From the NCBI RefSeq assembly GCF_029504745.1, contig NZ_JAQFIQ010000024.1, positions 4,487 through 36,486 of the forward strand: 32,000 bases of DNA. Reading direction: 5' to 3'. The position numbers and the translations under genes were made by a program. The stretch's first letter is position 1; each line of letters opens with the position of its first letter. Shown here piece after piece: positions 18,667 through 27,106 of the stretch. This DNA comes from Breznakia sp. PF5-3. GTDB taxonomy: Bacteria; Bacillota_I; Bacilli_A; Erysipelotrichales; Erysipelotrichaceae. The notes below the pieces were generated by a model. That model searched no databases. It had not been told where the DNA came from and saw nothing but the letters and a program-made list of their open reading frames with translations.

Positions 18667-19671
18667 TTAACTATTTTTTTTCAAAAAATTCCAAGAATCT
18701 CTCATCATATCATCAATTCCCTTTTCAGCACTCCATCCAAGTTCATTATAAGCCTTCGATGTATCTGCATAACATGTAGCGATATCTCCAGCACGTCGTT
18801 CTTTAATCTCATAAGGAACATCTATTCCATTTATATTTGAAAAAGCATTTACAATATCTAAAACGCTATACCCTTTTCCAGTACCTAGATTGTATGTATC
18901 AACCCCAATTGTTTCCTTTTCTAATTTTTGAATTGCACTTACATGGCCTTTTGCTAAATCAACCACATGAATATAGTCACGAACACCTGTTCCATCAGGC
19001 GTTGGATAATCATTTCCCCATACATTCAAAAAAGGAAGTTCTTTATTTGCTACTTTCACAATATACGGTAATAAATTATTTGGAATGTCATTTGGGCTTT
19101 CTCCCAGTAAACCACTTTCATGTGCACCAATAGGATTAAAATAACGCAATAGAGCAACATTCCATTTATTATCAGATATATATATATCTTCTAGTATTTT
19201 TTCAATCATCAATTTTGTCGTTCCATAAGGATTTGTTGTTGGGCCCAAATCAAAATCTTCTTTGATTGGTACAGATTTAGGGCTTCCATATACAGTTGCA
19301 CTAGAACTAAAAACAAATTTCTTACATCCATGATTTCTCATCACATCACAAAGAACAAGAGTGCTCATTAAATTATTAGAGTAATATTCTATCGGCTTTT
19401 CAACCGATTCTCCCACTGCCTTATACCCAGCAAAATGAATAACTGCATCTATTTTATTTTCATTAAATATTTTATTTACAACTATGTTATCGCAAACATC
19501 GCCAATATAGCACTTAAAATCTTTTCCTGTTATTTTTTTTATTCGATCAATTACATCTCTTTTTGAATTATATAAATTATCAATAATCGTAATTTCATAC
19601 CCACTATTAAGTAATTCAACACATGTATGACTACCTATGAAACCTAATCCTCCAGTGATTAATACATTCAT
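18667..19671 (-). CDS. galE: UDP-glucose 4-epimerase
   Basis: MNVLITGGLGFIGSHTCVELL, SSSATVYG and PYGTTKLMIE (YxxxK); 334 aa. Confidence 0.9.
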   Translation of the reverse strand: MNVLITGGLGFIGSHTCVELLNSGYEITIIDNLYNSKRDVIDRIKKITGKDFKCYIGDVCDNIVVNKIFNENKIDAVIHFAGYKAVGESVEKPIEYYSNNLMSTLVLCDVMRNHGCKKFVFSSSATVYGSPKSVPIKEDFDLGPTTNPYGTTKLMIEKILEDIYISDNKWNVALLRYFNPIGAHESGLLGESPNDIPNNLLPYIVKVANKELPFLNVWGNDYPTPDGTGVRDYIHVVDLAKGHVSAIQKLEKETIGVDTYNLGTGKGYSVLDIVNAFSNINGIDVPYEIKERRAGDIATCYADTSKAYNELGWSAEKGIDDMMRDSWNFLKKNS

Positions 19672-19719
19672 ATTACTTCCTCCTAATTAGTCTTGTTTGA
19701 ACAATAATTACTAAAGCCA

Positions 19720-19748
19720 ATTATACCTTATGTCCTATATAGTTACAA
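19720..19748 (-). promoter_or_regulatory. Candidate sigma-A promoter for galE
   Basis: Minus strand reads TTGTAA, a 17-nt spacer, then TATAAT, about 45 nt upstream of the galE ATG. Confidence 0.5.
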
Positions 19749-19765
19749 CTTTCATCAAACATAAC

Positions 19766-20617
19766 CTATTTGAAATGATACACTATTCGTAAAATAAACA
19801 AACTAAATTTTTCTGTTACTTTTAAAAATAATCGAGACATTATTCCAGCATGATTATATTCACATTGAAAATATAATTGGCTTTTTTTCAGCTCACGATA
19901 TTTATTAATCTTATCAATACTTTTATCTATACTTACGGAATGATTATGAAACACTTCTTGCTCTGTATTCACATATGTTTTTTTGCCAAGTTTTTTCATT
20001 TTTTTACCAATTATGTTCTCCTCATAATATAGAAAAACATTCTCATCATAAAAATCTGCCTCTATCAACGCATTAGAATCAATTATAAAAAAGCTTCCTG
20101 AAACTGCCTCTACTTCAACAAGTTTATCGTGATACATAATATCTGGATAAAGTAAGAGTTTCGACCTCAATATACGATGTATAAACACTAGATTCAATAA
20201 CCCATCTTGAAATGGTGTAGGTATTTTCCATCCTCTGTTTAAGCCCTTTTTTTCTTTAACAATAGGCGCAATAATTCCAGCATTATCTGGAAAATCATCA
20301 AGAATAGATATTAGGATTTGCTCATTTTTAATTTCAATATCACTATTACTAACAATAATCCTGCAGTCTCCTAAAATATCTATAATATACTTACTTCCAT
20401 AATTGATTCCATATCCATATCCACCATTTTTATCACTTTTTAAAATATAAAAATGTTCTGTTTTCTCATACTCTTTTAATATTTCAAAAGAATTATCTGT
20501 TGATGCATTATCTACTACGACTATCATATCAATAAATGAATAACTTTCTATAGAATTCAAAAGCTTCTTTGTAGTTATAGCATCATTATAATTAATTATA
20601 AGAAAAGCTGTTTTCAT
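19766..20617 (-). CDS. Family-2 glycosyltransferase
   Basis: MKTAFLIINYNDAITTKKLL...VVVDNASTDNS...GGYGYGINYG...VSNSD. Confidence 0.85.
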   Translation of the reverse strand: MKTAFLIINYNDAITTKKLLNSIESYSFIDMIVVVDNASTDNSFEILKEYEKTEHFYILKSDKNGGYGYGINYGSKYIIDILGDCRIIVSNSDIEIKNEQILISILDDFPDNAGIIAPIVKEKKGLNRGWKIPTPFQDGLLNLVFIHRILRSKLLLYPDIMYHDKLVEVEAVSGSFFIIDSNALIEADFYDENVFLYYEENIIGKKMKKLGKKTYVNTEQEVFHNHSVSIDKSIDKINKYRELKKSQLYFQCEYNHAGIMSRLFLKVTEKFSLFILRIVYHFK

Positions 20618-20667
20618 AAACTACTTCCTCTCTTCTATACAATGATTATTTTTAAAATAAACAATCA

Positions 20668-21147
20668 TTATCTCTTATCTATTTCCTCTGCAATTTGATT
20701 ACAAAATTGTTCATTATTACTTCGATATGGTTGAGGAACAAAACTCTCTATCTTCAAAACTGCATCATTTATATCTTTAACCTGTAAACAACCAAGAATA
20801 TACCTCATATCATTAAATCTTGAAACTATTTCAACTTGATGGTTATTTTCATGCTCATTAAATTCTTTTAAACGAGATACAGCAATTACCTTTTTATCCA
20901 TAGTAATGCTTGTTAATATAGACCCAACGCCACCATGAGTAATAATATAATTACTTTTTTCTAAATATGTATTAAACTCATCAAAAGGAATAAAATCTAA
21001 TATTTTCATATTTTTTGAATTGTATTTTGTGTATCCACTTTGTACCACTACTTCATCATTGATGATACCATCATCAATCAATTTATCAATCTCTTTTAAT
21101 AGTCGAACAAAGCTTTTATCTTGTGTTCCTAATGTAACAAATATCAT
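20668..21147 (-). CDS. Alg13-like (Glyco_tran_28_C) catalytic half of a split glycosyltransferase
   Basis: MIFVTLGTQDKSF...ITHGGVGSILTS. Start trimmed from 21213 to ATG 21145-21147, 5 nt after an AGGAG that overlaps the upstream stop. Confidence 0.8.
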   Translation of the reverse strand: MIFVTLGTQDKSFVRLLKEIDKLIDDGIINDEVVVQSGYTKYNSKNMKILDFIPFDEFNTYLEKSNYIITHGGVGSILTSITMDKKVIAVSRLKEFNEHENNHQVEIVSRFNDMRYILGCLQVKDINDAVLKIESFVPQPYRSNNEQFCNQIAEEIDKR

Positions 21148-21155
21148 ATGTGCTC

Positions 21156-21626
21156 CTAAAAAATCCATCCGCCATAAATGGCTTTCGGATATAATTCTAA
21201 CATACTCTCCCATTGAACAACAAACACATCTGCTATTGGATATACTATTCGTCCTGACAGAGTACGAGTGTGAATGTTTGCAAATGTTTCAATGAAAATA
21301 ATTTTTTTACGAAATAACTTTGCAATATAACACATTGGAACTGCAGTATGTGCCCCAGTGGTAACAACCACATCTGGACGATATTTAAAAAACAGAGCAA
21401 TACTTTTAAAACAATTCCAAGGAAACACAAATGCATATACAAATAAATTATGTTTCGTCCCGTATGCTAAAAAGGAAATCCTATCATGATATTGCTTTAT
21501 CAGCGAAATATTGGATTTCGTTTTTTCAGTTACTATGTGATAATCATAGTTTGAAAAAATTCTTTTTAACTGTAGCAACTCAGAGAGGTGTCCTCCAGTG
21601 CTTGAAATAAACATAACTTTTTTCAT
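21156..21626 (-). CDS. Alg14-like membrane-associated half of a split glycosyltransferase
   Basis: MKKVMFISSTGGHLSELLQL...PDVVVTTGAHTAVPMCYIAKL...IFIETFANI. Confidence 0.8.
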   Translation of the reverse strand: MKKVMFISSTGGHLSELLQLKRIFSNYDYHIVTEKTKSNISLIKQYHDRISFLAYGTKHNLFVYAFVFPWNCFKSIALFFKYRPDVVVTTGAHTAVPMCYIAKLFRKKIIFIETFANIHTRTLSGRIVYPIADVFVVQWESMLELYPKAIYGGWIF

Positions 21627-21648
21627 TGCTTTTTTCCTTTTCTAATTT

Positions 21649-22881
21649 CTATATTACAAAATCTCCTGCTTTAAACACCGCCACTTCTTTACCTTCAAAC
21701 GTTTTTCCCACGATTTCCATATCCTCGCTTCCAAACATAAAGTCAACATGTGTCATAGAATCATTTGAACCAGCTTCATTCAGTTCTTCTTGATTCATTT
21801 TTACACCATTTTTCAAATTCATTGGATAAGCTCTACCAAGTGCTAAATGACATGAAGCATTCTCATCATACAAAGTATTGTAAAATAACATATTACTCAT
21901 GGAAATCGGCGAATGATAAGGAACTAATGCAACTTCTCCAAGATAACTACTTCCTTCATCAAAGTCAATTAATGTCTTTAATACATCCTCATTTTTTGCC
22001 GCTTTGTACTCTACCACTTTTCCATCTTTAAATGTTAATGAAAAATCATCAATAAGACTTCCATTATAGCTAAGTGGCTTCGTGCTTACAACCGTTCCAT
22101 TCACACCATATTTATAAGGCATTGTGAAAACTTCTTCTGTTGGCATATTCGCATTAAACATAATTCCTGATGGTGTTTCTTCATTTCCACCAGCCCATAG
22201 ATGATTTTTGACCAATTGAACTTCCAAATCTGTACCGAGGTTATTTTTGAAATGCAAAGACCTAAAATTGTATTCATTTAAAATATCAACATGATTTCTT
22301 AAATCTGCATCATGTTGCTCCCAAAAAGCCACAGGATCATTATCTTCAAGAACTTGAACACTATCCAATATAGCATCTTGTAATTTAACCATTGCTGTTT
22401 CCACATCATCATTAGGAAAAACTTTTTTTGCCCAGTCTTGATTTGGATATCCTACAATACTCCATTGTACACGATTTGCCATCGTAATTTCGTTTAATTC
22501 TTTAAACCGCTTTTGTCTAGCAATTGATACTTCTGCAATCTTTTTAGGATCAATTCCTGCCATCACTTCTGGAATATCACTTATAATGTGTAAAACACAT
22601 CCACCTTCTTTTAAAGGAATGGTTTTTTGATCTACTATGTAATCTGGAATTGTACGCAATGTTTCTACATCTTGATATTCATAATGTAAACGATTTATTT
22701 TTTCATCATAGAAATTCACTGAAACCTGCTTAGCACCAACCTTATAGGCTTCTTCTACAACCTTTTCAACTAAATCTTTTGTATTTACAGGTGCATTCAC
22801 AACTAAAGTTTGACCTTTTTGCACATTCACACCCATCTTCACTGCTAATTTTGCATATTTTTCTATTATATTTTCCTTCAT
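21649..22881 (-). CDS. Family M29 aminopeptidase (PepS/AmpS type)
   Basis: 410 aa: EKYAKLAVKMGVNVQKGQTLVV...LGEVALVPY...HLALGRAY...THVDFM. Confidence 0.85.
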   Translation of the reverse strand: MKENIIEKYAKLAVKMGVNVQKGQTLVVNAPVNTKDLVEKVVEEAYKVGAKQVSVNFYDEKINRLHYEYQDVETLRTIPDYIVDQKTIPLKEGGCVLHIISDIPEVMAGIDPKKIAEVSIARQKRFKELNEITMANRVQWSIVGYPNQDWAKKVFPNDDVETAMVKLQDAILDSVQVLEDNDPVAFWEQHDADLRNHVDILNEYNFRSLHFKNNLGTDLEVQLVKNHLWAGGNEETPSGIMFNANMPTEEVFTMPYKYGVNGTVVSTKPLSYNGSLIDDFSLTFKDGKVVEYKAAKNEDVLKTLIDFDEGSSYLGEVALVPYHSPISMSNMLFYNTLYDENASCHLALGRAYPMNLKNGVKMNQEELNEAGSNDSMTHVDFMFGSEDMEIVGKTFEGKEVAVFKAGDFVI

Positions 22882-22910
22882 ATTATTTACTCCTAACTCT
22901 TCACTATTCT

Positions 22911-22939
22911 ATTATATGCCAAGCGAATAAGTAAAACAA
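22911..22939 (-). promoter_or_regulatory. Candidate sigma-A promoter for the aminopeptidase gene
   Basis: Minus strand reads TTGTTT, a 17-nt spacer, then TATAAT. The -35 overlaps the 3' arm of the typA terminator. Confidence 0.45.
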
Positions 22940-22958
22940 TGCGCAAATGCGCATTGTT
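22926..22958 (-). terminator. Rho-independent terminator after typA
   Basis: Perfect 10-bp GC-containing stem AACAATGCGC / GCGCATTGTT with a 4-nt loop (22935-22958). It starts at the typA stop codon and is followed on the minus strand by TTTTACTTATT. Confidence 0.75.
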
Positions 22959-24783
22959 ATCCTACTTTATTCTCTCTCATAATCTGTTTTCGATCATATG
23001 GAGTTAATCCTTTTTTGCGTACACGAATATCATCTGGAGTCAACTCTACTAATTCATCATCATTAATAAATTCTAAAGCTTCTTCCAAACTCAATATTTT
23101 TGCCGGTACTAGTTTCATAGCATCATCATTTCCACTTGATCTAATTGCTGTTAATTTCTTATTTTTGATTGGATTCACATCCATATCCAAATTTCTAGCA
23201 CTCTGCCCAATAATCATACCCTCATATACAGGTGTTTGTGGCCCAATGAACAACTGTCCACGCTCTTGGATATTCCATAACGCATATGTCATCGCCTTAC
23301 CTGTTTCAGTAGAAATAAGTGCACCATTTGCACGTTGGGTAATTTCACCTTTGTATGGTTCAAAGCCATGTACTCTACGAACTAAAGTACCTTCACCATG
23401 TGTATCATTAATAAACTCACTACGATACCCTAATAGCCCTCTTGTAGGAGCATGAAAAACAATACGACTATAGTCATTCTCTTCATGCATATCTACCATA
23501 ACACCTTTTCTTTGGTTTAATTTATTAATAATTGTTCCACTATATTCACTTGGAGTTAATGCAATTACTTCCTCAACTGGCTCTACCAAAGTATCATTCT
23601 CATCACGATGCATGATTACCTCTGGTTTACTGACAGCTACTTCATAACCTTCACGACGCATATTTTCAAGTAAGATGGAAATATGAAGTTCTCCACGCCC
23701 ACTCACTTTAAACATATCTGCACTTTCTGTAGCTTCTACTTTTAATCCTACATTTACTTCCAACTCTTTTTCTAAACGTTCTTTGATATTTCTACTTGTA
23801 ACATACTTACCACTCTGTCCAGCAAAAGGACTTTTATTTACAATAAAATTCATAGATAATGTAGGGTCTTCTACCTTAATCATCTCAAGTGGTAATAAAT
23901 GATCACGATCCACACATAATGTCTCTCCGATACTTATATCTGGAATTCCTGCAATTACAACAATCTCACCACTACCTGCTTCTTTTACTCTCGTCTTTGA
24001 TAACCCTTGATAAATAGATAATTGAGAAACACTTGCATTACGAACATTTCCAAAACTATCACACACAACAAGAGACTGATTCTCTTTTAATACCCCTTGA
24101 TACACCCTACCAATTGCTAAACGTCCTATATAGTCATCATAAGCCAATGCACTAACTTGCATTTGCAATGGTTCATCATCTAAATTTGGATAAGGATCAC
24201 AGTGTTCTACTATCGTTTCAAACAAAGGCGTGATATCTTTACTAGGTGTATCCAAATCATATTGAACAATTCCTTGCTTTGCAATCCCATATAGAATAGG
24301 AAAATCTAATTGTTCATCATTTGCATCTAGTTCTAAAAATAATTCATATACCAAATCAACAACTTCTTCTGCTCGTTGATCCTTCTTATCAATTTTATTA
24401 ATCAACAAAATTGGACGCAATCCCATTTCCAAAGATTTTTGTAAAACAAATCGTGTTTGCGGCATTGGTCCTTCACTAGAATCCACTAATAGAATTACTG
24501 TATCTACCGTTTTAATAATTCGTTCCACTTCACTAGAAAAATCAGCATGTCCTGGTGTATCAACAATATTGATTTTTATATCTTTATACATAATACTACA
24601 GTTTTTTGAATATATTGTTATCCCACGTTCTCTTTCTAGATCGTTGGAATCCATAACACAATCCACAGTTTCTTCATTGCTTCGAAAAACTCCACTTTGA
24701 TTCAAAAATGCATCTACAAGTGTACTTTTTCCCGCATCAACATGGGCAATTACTGCTAAATTTATAATTTTTTCTTTTTTCAT
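22957..24783 (-). CDS. typA: Translational GTPase TypA/BipA
   Basis: 608 aa: NLAVIAHVDAGKSTLVD, DTPGHADF, NKIDK. Confidence 0.95.
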   Translation of the reverse strand: MKKEKIINLAVIAHVDAGKSTLVDAFLNQSGVFRSNEETVDCVMDSNDLERERGITIYSKNCSIMYKDIKINIVDTPGHADFSSEVERIIKTVDTVILLVDSSEGPMPQTRFVLQKSLEMGLRPILLINKIDKKDQRAEEVVDLVYELFLELDANDEQLDFPILYGIAKQGIVQYDLDTPSKDITPLFETIVEHCDPYPNLDDEPLQMQVSALAYDDYIGRLAIGRVYQGVLKENQSLVVCDSFGNVRNASVSQLSIYQGLSKTRVKEAGSGEIVVIAGIPDISIGETLCVDRDHLLPLEMIKVEDPTLSMNFIVNKSPFAGQSGKYVTSRNIKERLEKELEVNVGLKVEATESADMFKVSGRGELHISILLENMRREGYEVAVSKPEVIMHRDENDTLVEPVEEVIALTPSEYSGTIINKLNQRKGVMVDMHEENDYSRIVFHAPTRGLLGYRSEFINDTHGEGTLVRRVHGFEPYKGEITQRANGALISTETGKAMTYALWNIQERGQLFIGPQTPVYEGMIIGQSARNLDMDVNPIKNKKLTAIRSSGNDDAMKLVPAKILSLEEALEFINDDELVELTPDDIRVRKKGLTPYDRKQIMRENKVG

Positions 24784-24872
24784 ATTTTATCCTCTTAATA
24801 TACCTTATTAATAGTATACCTATTCCACTGTAAATTCTAGTTTTTTTTTCATCTTTATTGTATAATAAATTT

Positions 24873-25703
24873 ATGATGTATAAGGGAAAGAACTACAAAA
24901 TACAATATCGCCGTCTATTTTTGCTACTATTTCTTGCTGTTACTTTACTTAGTAGCATTTTATTTGGTGCCTCATATATAATTGCACAGATGCAACCAAT
25001 AGAAAAGAAACCATTAGCGATATATACAAAACATACGAGCATTCGCTCAGATTCTGTAAAAGATGCTGATCAAATCATTGCCCATTATTTTCCTAAAGGA
25101 AAAAATCCACCACCAAAGCCACCAATAAAAACTGATCGAAAAATTGTAGCACTTACATTCGATGATGGTCCAGGATACGAAAGCACTGATAGAATTTTAA
25201 ACACTCTAAAAAGGCATGATGTAAAAGCTACCTTCTTTGTCTTAGGAAGTAAAGTTGAACAAAACCCTGAGATGCTGAAAAAAATTCATAATGAAGGCCA
25301 TGAGATTGCTAGCCACTCCTATTCTCATCCCAACCTGACAAAGCTCAAGGGAGAAGAAATCAATCAACAAATAAAACAAACAAATACTTCAATTAAAAAT
25401 ACTATTGGTACCGATACAATATACTTACGTCCTCCATATGGAGCCTATAATAAAGAAGTCGAAGATATAAGCAAACAAAAAATTATACTATGGAATGTTG
25501 ATAGCCAAGACTGGCAATTACGCGATACAGAAAAAATAAAAAACCATGTATTAGGAAGTTTAAAACCACAAAGTATTGTTTTATTTCATGACATTTACAA
25601 TAGTTCGGCAGATGCTGTAGAAAAAATCATTCCCGAATTAAAAAAGCAAGGTTATGAATTTGTAACAACCTCTCAATATATTGAAATTATGGAGCCTAAA
25701 TAA
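24873..25703 (+). CDS. Membrane-anchored CE4 (NodB) polysaccharide or peptidoglycan deacetylase
   Basis: N-terminal basic segment plus TM helix (RRLFLLLFLAVTLLSSILF), then VALTFDDGP, HEIASHSYSHP and LRPPYG motifs. The TTG at 24858 in the track is rejected in favour of ATG 24873 or 24876. Confidence 0.88.
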   Translation: MMYKGKNYKIQYRRLFLLLFLAVTLLSSILFGASYIIAQMQPIEKKPLAIYTKHTSIRSDSVKDADQIIAHYFPKGKNPPPKPPIKTDRKIVALTFDDGPGYESTDRILNTLKRHDVKATFFVLGSKVEQNPEMLKKIHNEGHEIASHSYSHPNLTKLKGEEINQQIKQTNTSIKNTIGTDTIYLRPPYGAYNKEVEDISKQKIILWNVDSQDWQLRDTEKIKNHVLGSLKPQSIVLFHDIYNSSADAVEKIIPELKKQGYEFVTTSQYIEIMEPK

Positions 25704-25704
25704 T

Positions 25705-26427
25705 ATGATATTTGAAGGAAATATCTCTGTGAAATCAGCACTGCTTTCACCACATAGAGAAGTAGTAAAACTATTTGTAGATAAAAGTAAAAAAGATCGT
25801 GACACAAAATTCATTTTGCGCAAAGCACAGGAACAAAACATTGAAGTAGTTTATTGTGAACGCCAAGAAATCGATAAACTTGCGCAAGGTTCAACCCATG
25901 GTGGGCTTCTATGTGAAGTCGGCAAGCGAACATATCAAGATTTAGATGATATTATCAAAGAACATTCTTTCATTGCCCTTGTAGAAGGTATTGAAGATCC
26001 ATATAATTTTGGCTATATTATCCGTAGTCTCTACGCGGCTGGCTGTGATGGAATCATCACCAACGAAAGAAACTGGAGTAATGCTGCAAATGTTGTTGCT
26101 AAAGCAAGTGCAGGAGCAAGCGAATATATTGCTCATGTTTCTAGTTCTTCACTTGAACATGACATTAAACAATTAAGAACAAAGGGAATTGCAATTGTTT
26201 GTGCACTTCGTGATGATACCGCAATTGAAATGTATGATTATAATTTCAAAAAGCCTGTTTGTATTTGCATCGGTGGTGAAAAACGAGGCTTATCAAAAAT
26301 TATCACTTCCCATTCTGATCAAAATGTATTTATTCCCTATAACTCGGAATTTAAAAACGCACTCAACGCAGTGAGCGCAACAACGATATTAGCATATGAA
26401 TTAATTCGACAAAGGAAGCATAAATAA
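25705..26427 (+). CDS. SpoU/TrmH-family RNA 2'-O-methyltransferase (RlmB-like)
   Basis: THGGLLCEV substrate-binding-type N-domain, then LVEGIEDPYNFGYIIRS, IGGEKRGLS and LNAVSATTILAYEL. ATG 25705 lies 1 nt after the upstream stop, with GGAG 10 nt upstream. Confidence 0.85.
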   Translation: MIFEGNISVKSALLSPHREVVKLFVDKSKKDRDTKFILRKAQEQNIEVVYCERQEIDKLAQGSTHGGLLCEVGKRTYQDLDDIIKEHSFIALVEGIEDPYNFGYIIRSLYAAGCDGIITNERNWSNAANVVAKASAGASEYIAHVSSSSLEHDIKQLRTKGIAIVCALRDDTAIEMYDYNFKKPVCICIGGEKRGLSKIITSHSDQNVFIPYNSEFKNALNAVSATTILAYELIRQRKHK

Positions 26428-26441
26428 TTGCTTCCTTTTTT
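26412..26441 (+). terminator. Rho-independent terminator overlapping the methyltransferase stop codon
   Basis: AAGGAAGCA, an 8-nt loop, TGCTTCCTT (9 bp perfect), followed by TTTT. Confidence 0.75.
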
Positions 26442-26536
26442 AATATAAAAAAGCTCACAACATATATATCCTATGTGGTCTAATGTTATGAACTTCATAT
26501 TAACATCCTATAATCTACCTCTTTTTAAAGCCTTTT

Positions 26537-26950
26537 TTATCTTTCAATAAAACAAATAATACCAAATCTTCCTTCATATTTACCTTCTCCAACTGGACAA
26601 TAATAAATATACTGATATGCAGAATCATGACTATTATTATCTAAATACTCTTTTGAATATTTATGAATACCAAATGAATATTCATGATTTGCCTCTAATG
26701 TAAGCTCACTTGTAATTCGTGGTGTTTTTATATTTGTTTTTCCTTCTGTTGTACGATGAATTGCTTCAATACTATGAACACCTGCGTCTAATTTGACTAC
26801 AGCTTGTCCATATTCTCCTTTGATCATATCAAATTCGCTAGGATCTTTTCCATCCACTTTTACTTTATCCCCATAAATATGAATTACTGCTTTTGTTTCA
26901 TCGTTGATAAAATCCTTTAACTTTGCTTTCTTTTTTCCAATACCAAACAT
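26537..26950 (-). CDS. Hypothetical 137-aa protein; no family recognised
   Basis: GGAGG lies 10 nt upstream of the ATG. No signal peptide or TM segment. Composition suggests a beta-rich fold. Monocistronic, lying between terminators. Confidence 0.65.
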   Translation of the reverse strand: MFGIGKKKAKLKDFINDETKAVIHIYGDKVKVDGKDPSEFDMIKGEYGQAVVKLDAGVHSIEAIHRTTEGKTNIKTPRITSELTLEANHEYSFGIHKYSKEYLDNNSHDSAYQYIYYCPVGEGKYEGRFGIICFIER

Positions 26951-27040
26951 TTTTAATTGACCTCCTATATTTCTGCCTATATTTACTTAGACGCTAGTTA
27001 TTCAAATAAAGTTCCAAAGTTTTTCTACAAGAAATAAAAC

Positions 27041-27089
27041 TAAAAAAGTTCATAGCATTTTGTAACTTTTATTACCATGCTATGAACTT
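27041..27089 (-). terminator. Rho-independent terminator ending the ppiB operon
   Basis: 13-bp perfect stem AAGTTCATAGCAT / ATGCTATGAACTT (27046-27058 and 27077-27089), followed on the minus strand by TTTTTTAG. Confidence 0.75.
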
Positions 27090-27106
27090 ATTATAAACTT
27101 CCTTTT

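Noticed and set aside
21245-21442. 65-aa minus-strand ORF, and the 74-aa ORF at 8929-9153, nested in alternative frames of glycosyltransferase genes
   Set aside because: Both are out-of-frame overlaps inside genes with clear family motifs, and neither has an independent SD.
23015-23455. 146-aa plus-strand ORF in the track, together with the other plus-strand ORFs at 3193-3393, 5840-6502, 8966-9208, 9976-10170, 11352-11540, 11933-12184, 13423-13605, 16853-17041, 17576-17806, 18598-19133, 21020-21295, 21765-22031, 25991-26374, 28905-29129 and 31401-31583
   Set aside because: All lie antisense inside well-supported minus-strand or plus-strand genes. They have low-complexity, L/F/I/Y/N-rich translations typical of the reverse frames of AT-rich genes, and they lack SD sequences and recognisable motifs.
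26483-27099. Imperfect direct repeats of about 23 nt (ATGTTATGAACTTCATATTAACA at 26483-26505 versus ATGCTATGAACTTATTATAAACT at 27077-27099, 18 of 23 identical) flanking the 137-aa orphan gene, as possible cassette or insertion scars
   Set aside because: The repeats are short and AT-rich. The right copy is simply the 3' arm of the ppiB-operon terminator. There is no integrase, transposase or target-site logic nearby, so the match is plausibly chance.
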